A stretch of DNA of 64,000 bases, taken from contig JAYWIR010000027.1 of assembly GCA_036172245.1 (NCBI GenBank), positions 372,001 through 436,000 of the forward strand, read 5' to 3'. Each line of letters starts with the position of its first letter. The first letter of the stretch is position 1. The notes under the pieces are model-generated. The model did no database searches. It was not told where the DNA came from and saw nothing but the letters and a program-made list of their open reading frames with translations. This document shows positions 13,600-23,500 of the stretch, piece by piece. Position numbers and translations under genes: made by a program. This DNA comes from Raillietiella orientalis. Its lineage: Eukaryota.

Positions 13600-14164
13600 G
13601 ATCCTCCAGGCGTTTCGTCACGCGTTTCCGCAGACACGGAGACGACCATCGCTTCCTTACCGCGCATCGCCAAGCGACCTCCGACCTCGAAAGCGCAGCG
13701 CACCAGCGCGGCAGGCGACACCAGCAGGAGGAGTGAAAGACGCGAAGCCGAACACACACAGCGTCCACGCTTCCGCAGACGTCAGCAAGCAGCCCCTGCC
13801 GTCGTCCACTCGCTCCGACTCGCTCAAGACTTTCTCTGGACCTGCCGCCACCCCTCCAGCCTTCCCGCGAGCCGCGTCCTCTCTCGAAAGCCCGAAACTC
13901 CGGCTACGCTCCCGTGCCCAACTGGCGCGCCTTCCCTTCCCACTCCGACCCCAACGGCACAGCGAAAACGAACGGGGGACGGCCTCCCTCTCCAATGGTT
14001 TCGTTTCCCACCCGGAAAATGACATGCTACACTCGGATCTCGGCCTCGAATTCCAGAGAGCGCTCCAGCCACTTTCCTTCCAGCAGGCGTCAACAGCCCT
14101 CCCCTCCGTCCGTAGGGTCCGGACGGCAGATGGAGCGACCTCTTCGCATTCTCCCGAAAGCCCT
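13600..14164 (+). mobile_element. Possible Penelope-like linker/GIY-YIG 3' remnant in the arm (mirror ~36346-36910)
   Basis: SLPYRASPSDL and KQPLPSSTRS motifs; 14038-14164 is clearly homologous to 47288-47393(-). Confidence 0.4.
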
Positions 14165-16312
14165 TCCTCACCTCCCTCGGCACAACCCGTCATCGCCGAC
14201 GTCGACGCCTCCACTCTTCCTTCCTTACTTTCCGGCTCCGGAAGCCTCCGCCTACTCCATGCCCTCCAAGAGCGCCTCTCGTCTTCCATGCGAAGCATCC
14301 CAGCAATACCTGTTCGCGTCCGCAAACAAACCTCCCGTCACTCGGATCGCCGCAAAGACAGGTGCACGACACGGTCTTCCCACGCACGACGTGACGAAGG
14401 CGCGCGTGCGCTGGTCCCGTCGACAGTCCACGGAGTGTGTGGCCGCGCCGACGGCCCACCAACACGTCCCACCTCGAAAACGCTCACTGAGCCTGCCGAC
14501 GAGCCTGCCCACCCGCGCTCGCCGATGCCCACGGCCCGACACCGAAACGCGGAATGCCGCCTGGCGACTGTCCCCGCACGCGCATCATCGGCAGCCAACG
14601 CGCAAACATCTCTGCCTCCCTCCGTCGGCAAGCGCGCCTTCTTCTGCTTCTTTCCTTCTTCCGTTTCCCATGAGGGAGTTCCGCTCCTCCTCCCACGGAT
14701 TGCCTCCTTGCTCGCTGCCACTGGCGGATTCCCCCTCGTCCGGCATCCCAGAAGCCGTACGGCCATCTTCGCCGCACCCTGCTCAGCCCTGGCGCTCGCA
14801 CCTTTTCTCGCGTTCGGCGGAAGACGACGCGAGTTTCCGCCAGCGCGCCGCACCTCCCGCTCGCCGCTCGCCACGCGTCGGGACGCCGCGGAACGCCAAG
14901 CGTAGTACAGGAGACAACTTGCGCCCCCCGTCCCCAGAAGCAGGAGCCACGGCGCGACCGCAGCAGACGAAAGCCGCCTCTGTCTTCTCCTTCTCGCCGT
15001 GCACGCGAAGCGGAGACGGACGACCACGAAACCCGGTTGCTCGGCACACGCGCTGGACCACATACCGCACCGTCGGGCTGCTGAAATGCAAACCAGCAGA
15101 AAGGCAGGCAACCGACGACGCTACAGCCTCCCGATCGCCGACGGCGGACTCCCGTGCAAAAACAGCCGAGGGGCGCGATCCGCAGACCAGGATGCCCTTC
15201 GACCTCACGCAACTGCGCAGGTCCAGGCGGTCAGGAGACTGCAGCACGCATTCCTCACCGCTCCACCGCAGCCGCCGCATCGGACTCTCTCGCACCCGAC
15301 GTTTCCAGGATTCGCAGCGTCCCCATGCACACCAAACTGCCTTTCCGGCAGCCCAACGCACACGGCGCGAAAACGCCTCCCCACGAAACCAGGAAACCGG
15401 TTGGCCGCGAGCGCGACACGCTAGTCGCGAACAGCCGAACCGCCATCCGCGCGTCAGGCGCTCCCGACGACCCCCGTCTCGAATCCCAGCCGCCTTGGGG
15501 CTCCGTGCGACTCACAAGAGCGCAGCGGCACGCCGAGCCCCCAAAGGGTCGCGCGCCATCACCCCACCGAGAACACGTGCCAGAGAAGCGCCAAGACTGC
15601 CGTCAGAGACTCGCTCGCGTTCCCTGCCCGCTACGCGCAGACGGGCGAAAGGGGACGCGCCAACACGCCCGTTTAACTCCTCCTCTTTCGCACCACCCGC
15701 GTTGCGATCGATCGACGCCCACGCGCCCCCCGAGACGAACGCAGGGCGCAGCGCGTTCCGGCAGCACCTACCACGCTGCTGCCGAAACACCAGCGGGCGC
15801 GTCCCGCGATGCGCCGCCTTCGCCACTCGGGGAAGTCGGCCTCCCGCACGGACTCTCCTACCTGCGTGACCAACGCACGCCTCCAGCGCGCGTACCAGGA
15901 GCGTCGCCAAATCCGCCACCCGACGACCCGGTCGCGCCAAACTTCACCGGCGACGCCACCTGCCGCGCGGTTCGCCGGCGGCTCCGCGCCAGCATTCCTT
16001 CCCTCCCGTCAGCGACTGCTCGCGGAAGAGCCCAACCCGCGGCGCCCTGTCGAGAGGCCCAACGCGCGTCACGCCTCCCAGATCCACCAACACGCACACC
16101 CCCTGCTCGAAAACGTGCACCCAACACCGCAAGGAGGGCAGACCACAAGCAGGAACCTTCCTCCGCCAACTTCGTCCTCCTTTATTGCCATTTCAACAGG
16201 CCACTGCGGCATCTCATCCGCATCAGCCACGGCACATGCTACAGAGAGACGGAGCCACCTTTTGCCCGGAAACAGCGCCAGCGACACACAGCCAAGGCAT
16301 CTGCTCCCTGCC

Positions 16313-16377
16313 TCTTCTTCTTCTTCTTCTTCTTCATCATCATCATCATCATCCTCGTCGTCGTCGTCGTCGTCTTC
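16313..16377. repeat. Compound trinucleotide tract (CTT)n(CAT)n(CGT)n; mirror at ~34133-34197
   Basis: Seen directly. Confidence 0.9.
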
Positions 16378-16857
16378 GAGCGCAGCACCGTCCTCTGAGC
16401 CATGCGAGCGCCAGCTGCGCAACCATCCTGGCATCCCATCCGTGCTGGGGCATCCCGACGTCACACAACGCCACTCTCCGCACAGGGAAACGCCGGCGGC
16501 GGCCTTTGCAGCGGTCCCTCACAACCGCTGCGTTCGCCGCCACGTGCAAACAGCCACGTGCGCCAAGCGCACCAGGTGTCCACCGGCCACCGTGGCGCAT
16601 CCCGTCGGCGTGCCCGGCCAGCCTCTCCCTCTCGGGTACAACCGCGTGCGCTCCCCGGGAGGCAGAGCACCATCCAAGGCACCAAATCCGCTCCAGCTCC
16701 GATTCATTCGTCTCCTTCATCCTCGTCGCAACGCCAACGCCAGCCGTCCCGCCAACCGGCGTTCGCACCGGCGACGGACGCTCCCATGGCATCACAGACG
16801 AACCGTGTGCGTGCTGCGCTGCTTCTCCCGCGCAGGCACCCAGGTCAGCCCGCTCGG

Positions 16858-17528
16858 TCAACACAGCAAACAGCCGCTGCCGGGTTTCTCTTGCGCCAGC
16901 GATGACTCGTGCAGCGCCCAGGCCAGCGCCTCGTCGTCCGTCTACCGCGCAGTTCCGCCATTCGCAAATCCAACACCACGCTTACCGATCCCCCCTGCAG
17001 CTGCTGCCACCTCGCCGTTCCCTCGGTCTGCGGTGGCTGGGCGGCAGCGCAGCCGTGGTCCTGTCCGTGGCGATGCCTGATGCAGTACTGCTGCCCGCAT
17101 TGGCTGCAAGTGAACGGCACCAATTCCTTTCGGTGACATCCCCGCTCCTGGCAACGCCGCCCATCCTGGCGGAACCTCCGCTATCATCCACTCCGCAGCC
17201 TCCGACCCCCGCACCTTCTGCCGTTTCTGCTTCGGGCAACGTTGGTCCATGTGCTCGCTCACGACTGCATCCGCGAGCTCGCCTTTCTTCACGGGCACCG
17301 GCTCCTGGCAGATGGGGCACGTGGGCACTCGCACATCCAACAGGTGCATGCAAGCGCACCCGTGGTCTCTGTACTGGTAATGGTCTTTGCTGGCGCCCGT
17401 TACTGCGTGAACGGCGCGCGCATCCCCACTTACCAGAAACACTGCCCGCACAGGTTGCAGACGACCGGCAAGAAATCTGAAACGCACCACATAGCACACG
17501 CGGCCACGTGGACGCTCGCTCGCTCGCT

Positions 17529-17559
<31 letters not shown>

Positions 17560-18208
17560 CGGCCGTTTCAAACACCGCACGCCAACACGGGAAAGCAAGA
17601 ACAACACCCACCCACCCGCCTGCCTGCCCGCGTTCCCCTTCCCCCGCAGGTCGCGTTCCCCCCTCCACCCCCACCCCTCCCGAACGGACTCGCGCCGCCC
17701 TCCGGCCGCAAACACCAACATGCAGCCGCTCGCTCCTTCCTCTCACTTCCCCGCTGCAGTGCACACCGCACCCGCGCGATGGCAACAGCACTACGCAACA
17801 CCTCACCACCAGCCGTCCAGCCAGCCAGCCACGGACCCCGGCAACGGCGACAAGTTTCCCCCGGAGCGTCTTCCCCTACGAAACGTCAGGGCGTCGCCTG
17901 CCAAGCGCGCACACGAGCAAAACTCCGACAGCCACCAAGACACAAAGCACCCATTTCGGCTCCAGCCGCAGCTCTCGCCGCCCCACGCCCGCCCGCCTCT
18001 CCGCCTCCGCTACCCACCCACCCACGTTCGCGACACGCAAGCAGCACCGCATCCTTCCCGGACTGCCCACCCGAATGCATCCACCCCGCACGCGGCCTTC
18101 CACAACACACCATCCATGCAGACGGAGCGCACGCGCAGACAGTCAGTCAGTACCTAGCCGATTGCACCCGGCGAGCGAGCAGTGCCTTCCCACGTCGGGC
18201 AGCTCCAT
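16858..18208 (-). CDS. ZFAND2: AN1-type zinc finger protein 2 (AIRAP/AIRAPL-like), left-arm copy, 178 aa
   Basis: Exons 18208-18154, 17476-17434, 17389-17215, 17165-16986, 16941-16858. Translation MELPDVGRHCSLAGCNRLDFLPVVCNLCGQCFCKDH... has two AN1 fingers, a CPIC..H..C finger, a UIM-like DDEALAWALHES and a C-terminal CAAX-like CLLC. Confidence 0.92.
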
Positions 18209-18534
18209 GTCCCCGCGAGGGCACTTCCTCCGGACGTCGTCTTCGTTCGCGCGCCGACGACCCGCGCGTCCGCACGCCGTGCTCACCCGCGGCGGTGACG
18301 CAACGCGCCTGCGTCCACCAGTTGCTCCCGCCGCCCGCGGACGAGGTTGCTGGCGAACGCCGACGCGCGGCGCTGCCGGTCGACTTCCGCTTCGCGGCGA
18401 TGCACCGACGCGGGCGGGCGACCGACGACGGCACCCGCCCCGTTGACGTCATCGCTCGCTCCGACACGCGCTCCAGCCACGCGCTGGACTGCTGCTGCTT
18501 TCCCCCGGCGGACGACAACCGCGAGCCGCACGCA

Positions 18535-18537
<3 letters not shown>

Positions 18538-18565
<28 letters not shown>
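18538..18565. repeat. (CT)14 microsatellite; the mirror copy is (AG)13 at 31946-31971
   Basis: Counted directly. Confidence 0.9.
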
Positions 18566-18571
<6 letters not shown>

Positions 18572-20427
18572 GTTTCTCGCGGCAACGGACGCCGCCGCCA
18601 TGGCGACGACGATATCCACGCACGCGCGCGCGCAGGCTGCCTCACGGATTTCGCACACACGCCGTGCGCGCTCGCGCGTCCCACCTGGCGCTGCAACGAC
18701 GTCCAGCGCCATCTCCAGATGCTGCCGATTTCGCTCGCGAGCTGCCGCTTCGCACCGGCAGAGGGGAGACCGCACGAAACCTTCCCGCCAGCAGAGCTCC
18801 CCCGCAGTTGCTGCGCGTGGCCTTCCGCCTGCGAATGGCCGCTCCTTCCGCAAAAGGTGCCGTTCCGCAAGAAGCGTCGCGCGTGCGTCTCCCAAGCGAC
18901 AGCGTTCGTGGTGCTCATCCGCCGGTTCGCATCGCAGCCTTTCCATTTCCAGCAAGGAGCAGAGGCAGCAGGGGCGAACGGGACGAGGACGCCCGCAGCC
19001 CTGAGCGTTTCGACCCGCGAGCGCAGCACTTCTTCGATCGGATCCCGGGAGCGCAGCGCTCCCGAGGTCACCCGCGCCTTCCGCAGCACCGCCCGCTCGC
19101 CATCTCTGAAGTGCTCGTCGCCGCGTCTACTCGGAGAAATTCCTGAAAGTTGCCTGAGGCTCTTCCCTCTCAGTCGCAAGCGAGCGCTGGCATGGAAAGG
19201 GAGGAAGAGGATTCGGGATTTTCTCGCCGAGAATCGCCGCCGCCAGGAGCAGCGCCGGGCGGGCGTTTCGCTCCGGGGCGCCCCCTGCGAGCGAAGCCGA
19301 CGGACAGGCCCGACGGCACGCAGAGAGCATTCCGCTCGCCGCGTGTGCAGGGCAGGCGCACGCTGCCTGCGAGAAGGCGGCCGGCGGCAAAACGGAGCCG
19401 CACGGCACCGCGGAGAGCTTATGAAAACGGGCAGCGGCTCCGGGGGGCGCACCAAACCTGCCCGGATCCTGGGCAGTCCCCTTCCGCGAGAGGAGTCCCG
19501 TGAAAGTGTGCGACAGGGCGCGGGACGCTGCTGGACCGCCATGCCACGCGAGAGCGGCCACCCCAGCATGCCGAAGAGGTCGCTCGATGGCGGCGACCTC
19601 GGGCTGCCGAACGGCTGGGACACTCGCTCGAAAGCGACCCGTGGGCGGAAGGTGCTGCGGGCGTTTCTTTCAGCCCCTTCCGCCTCCCGGAGAGTGCACG
19701 AAAAACGAAAAGGAGCCTCTCGCGATCGACTTCGCGATTGCTCCCAGCCACCCGAGGATCCGGACCATGCAGACTGCTGAAACCAGGAATCCTCCTCGCC
19801 TCGTCGCGAGCGTGGACCGAAGGGCACGACGTCCCTTTGAACCACGAGGCGCGCCCGGCAGCTGCGAAGAGGAAGCTGCCCGCGATTCCCGGTGAAGCCA
19901 AAGGACGCGTTTCGGCTGCCAAAGTCCGCCGCGGCGAGCGGTTGCCCTGCAAACGAGACGGAGGCAGCCCTGGGGGCAGCCCGCTCCACGGGCGACTGCT
20001 GGTGGTCGCGGGTGCTGCGGTCGCGTCGACCGCGCGCACCTCCGAGAACCGCGCCGGCACGTGGCCGGACGCGCACGCAAAGGAGCATCCGAGGCGGCAC
20101 GTGGGCGCAAAAGGACTGCCGCTCGTGGGTCGGCCGTCGATCCTGCCGCTGCCTCAGGGCTTTTGGTCCGCTGCCACGTCTCTTCCCACCGCCGCCCTCC
20201 TCCGTAGATGGCGCACGCGCGCTTGCGCGGTGTGTGCCAACGCAACGGAGGCTGCCGGCGGAGCCGCAAGTGCACACGAGGCACGAGGGCCGCGGTGCTG
20301 CTGCTCCCGCATCTTCTCCTCGGGAAAGTCCCGTTCCCCTGTCCTCAGGTCGGGAGCGCGCACGCCCGGCCTCTTACCCGGCATGCACGCCAATGAGCTG
20401 CCGCTGCGCCGAGCGCTGCGTGCTTTC

Positions 20428-20433
20428 TTTATT
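20428..20433 (-). promoter_or_regulatory. Putative polyadenylation signal AATAAA of the unrecognised gene (mirror 30074-30079 on +)
   Basis: tttatt about 80 nt downstream of the TGA at 20515. Confidence 0.55.
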
Positions 20434-20514
20434 CGCTCTTGCGAGGTCGCCCACCCACGGCCTCGAGGGATGGCGGGTTTGTGGGCGCAACCCGCGGTGC
20501 TCGCCAACCGCCCA

Positions 20515-23500
20515 TCAGCGCGTGGACGGTCCGACGGCGGCCTCTTCCGCGGGGGGACCAACATCCACGACGTAGCCCTCATCTTCCGATTTCGTGACGT
20601 GGATGGGGATGCAATTCTTCAGTTTCTCGAGTATTGCGCCGATGATCTCGTCGACGGTAGTGAAGTTCTTCCTGGAAAGAGAGGGGGGAGCGACTGAGTA
20701 TCCGCAGGCCGACCGGGCAGGGAGTTCCGTCACCCGAACGTCCCGAGCTCCTGGTTGACGCGGGCGCGTTGCTACGGGGAAGGCTGGTGGCGTGGCCGAA
20801 GGGATGAGGGCTGCTCACAGCGGGCCGGGAGGAGCGGCACCTCCTGCCACCACTGCGCTGCCAGAAACTACCGCGGGCACACCCCTCCTTCCGTCACCCC
20901 TGTCTCACCGTCCCGGGGGCGAGTGGGGGAGAAGAGGCGATTTCCGGCCCAATCCGCGCGCCGCCAGCTGCGGGCCGGACCCATCCTTCCGGCAGGGAAC
21001 CGACGCCCGTGGAGCAGGAAGCCGAGCTTCCTGTTCTCTTGTCGGGGATCGCCCGCGGAACGCGAGGATGCGCCCCTTCCGGAAGCGTACCCCAGACGTT
21101 GGTCGTTGGCGCCTCGCACGTGGCGCCGCCGCGCGCCTGGACGCGAGGGGACCGCCCGCATCCGCGCGGCAGTGCGCGACGGCCTCCGACCCGTGCGGTT
21201 CGCCGCTCGCACGACCGAAGTCGCCGAGCGGTCTGCGAAACCTCCCGTCATCCAGAGCGGAGGAGTTGCGGCGACCGCGCGGCAGCCGCTGACCGTTCGC
21301 CGCAGCCGCGCCCGCAGCAGCAGCTCTGCGGCGGACATGAGACTCGCGCGGAACGCGTGCGACGCGAGGGAAGGCGCGCACACGGCTGCCGAGCGCCCTG
21401 CCAGGGCGTTAGCGCCAGGAAGCGCCTGTGCGGGCGGCCCCCGCGCACCTACGCGTCCCTCGAGCGAACCGAAGTACGCGCGTGTCGCATGAGAAAGGTC
21501 GGGCAGCAGCGAGAGGCTTTCCGCGCACGCACGCAGGACGAGGAAAATTGCCTTTCGCCGCGCGGTGCGTCTCGAGAGCCGGGAGAGCGACATCCCTGCT
21601 TCTCCCGTGGCCAGATTCCAGGCGCCGACGGTCCCATCCGCGCGGGAGGCGGTCGTGGCGGCTGGCTTCCTGCGAGGCGATCGGCGATCCCTTCCCCTCT
21701 CCACCTCCGAAGGGATGCGCCCATCCCTTCCCTTCATCGCTTTCTTGGGCTGTGGCCACCCGCGCTCCGTGCGCGCACGCACCCACTCGGCACGCGTGTC
21801 GCGCATCCAGCACTCTCCTGGCGACGAGTGCGCGCAAGCCGACGAACGTTGCGGGTGAGCTGTCTGTCGCTCCTCCTCCCCAGAGAAAGGCGGGAATCCT
21901 CCTTAACCTTTGGGCCACGCACACCCGGTCGTCCTCCTCGACCACCCTCGCCGGCGCGTGGGGCAGCCAAAAGGAAACGATCGCTCCGGCGGGAAGAGGC
22001 GACCGCACGGTCTCGCCTGCGCCGAAGTTGCGCAGGCACGGAGCCGCCCGCTTGTTGGATCGGGGACTCGTGCGGGGCGCAGCGACGCGAAGCGCCCGCG
22101 CGCTTCCCAGTCTCGCCCTGTTTGCACGCCCCTTCTTTGCACCGCTCTCTCTCGGGAAGCGTCGAGTACGGAGCGCGGAGGAGGGGCCGGCTCCACTTCG
22201 ACCAGCGCGCCCCGGGGGCAAGAATCCTTCGGTTCGGGGACGCACCCCGAGACGCCGAACCGGCAGGGAAGCGTGGTGGGTGCCGGGGGAGGCGGGGGGA
22301 GAGGTAGCGCCACGTCTGGGGAAATCCTCCCGACGCATCCATCCCGTCTTTGGGCTTTCGCCCCCTCCTTCGAGGGCGAGGAGGAGGCGGTGCTCCCGGA
22401 GCGAAGAGAGCCGAAGCTCCTTGGCGCATCCGCTTCCGCTTTCCGTCGTCGCTCCCGGAAAAATGGGGTTCCCTCGCTTCGCCGAGGTCCTCGCCCTTGC
22501 CGGTCGCCACGCTGGGAGCATACGGGAAGCGTCTATGGTGAAACTCGGCTTCCTCCTCCCCGCCCCGCACCCCCGTCTCCGTCCTGGCCTCGCGTCACGC
22601 GCGTTCCTTGCCGAACTGCACGCGGTCCTGAAGTGCAGCGACGGCGTGGGGGTACCGGAGACGTTCCCCAGCTCGGGATACGGCGGGACACGTGGGTCCA
22701 CGGAGTTGGCACGCGTGCGCGGTGGAAGGCGAAGTGTGTGGAGCAGCAGAGGCCGTCGGCGGAAGCGACGCAGCGTGCGCAAGCGGAACGAAAGTGGCAG
22801 CGGTGCGGTGCGGCAGTGATGGCGTTGGGTTCTCCGTGAAGCGACAGCGCCGGCGTCGACGTGAGCAGCGGACGAGGACCCGCGGAACGAATGCAGCGGC
22901 ATCCGGCTTTCTCGTTCGAGACGAAGAGAGGAATTCCGGGAAAGGTGCTGCTGCGCGCGGATGCGGCGGAGACGCGTCGGTGGCGGCGAGGACTCCGGGC
23001 GAGGACCTGGCGTGCGGAGAGAGAGGGAGGCGAGGGAGAGCGGGGACGAAAGGGGGGGGTCACGCCTCGCCGGCACGGGAGGAAAAGAGGTCGCTCTCCA
23101 CCTGTTGGCATTCGCCATTCACGCCTCCTGAGTGCCAGAGAATCGCTCAAACTGCTTACTTATCGTTGGGATCTTCTGTCGTCTCTCTCAGGTCCACCTG
23201 CTCCTGATCCATGCATCCTTGCAATGCATTGAGGAATTCTCTGAGGAGCGAATGCAGCGTTTTGTGGTTGATTCTGGAACGAGAGTCAAGTCTGTGACAC
23301 TGGACAATAGGGAGGTGCATGGAGGGATTCGGGGGCAAAGATGATCTTCAGACACCTCGGGTGCAGCCTCTGATTACGTGATGTTTGGGGAAGGATACGG
23401 TTGAGCCTCAATCTGCTCTCCTGGATGGATTTCGCCCTGGTTTCTGAGCGATGGTGCGATTATTCCTTGCAGCGGAACTCCACCTCTAAACTTTCAGCCG

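Larger units (their letters stand above)
13132..23201. repeat. Left arm (10,070 bp) of a large inverted repeat
   Basis: Reverse complement of 27303-37378. Paired ORFs have identical or near-identical translations, e.g. 13914-15869(+) vs 34641-36596(-). Coordinate sums are 50498-50511. Confidence 0.98.

Noticed and set aside
16069..16464. ORFs with a poly-Asp/Glu tract (poly-Ser on the other strand)
   Set aside because: Explained by a compound trinucleotide repeat; no splice-consistent gene model found
13439..23118. Many long overlapping ORFs (400-660 aa) on both strands in the arms
   Set aside because: R/A/P/S-rich, overlapping in several frames and broken differently in the two arms; expected from high GC content and TE debris
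13132..23201. Horizontal transfer or contamination as the cause of high GC and tiny introns
   Set aside because: The arms are continuous with host gene exons, share a repeat family with 47.3 kb, and astacin A also has a 46-nt intron (38518-38563)
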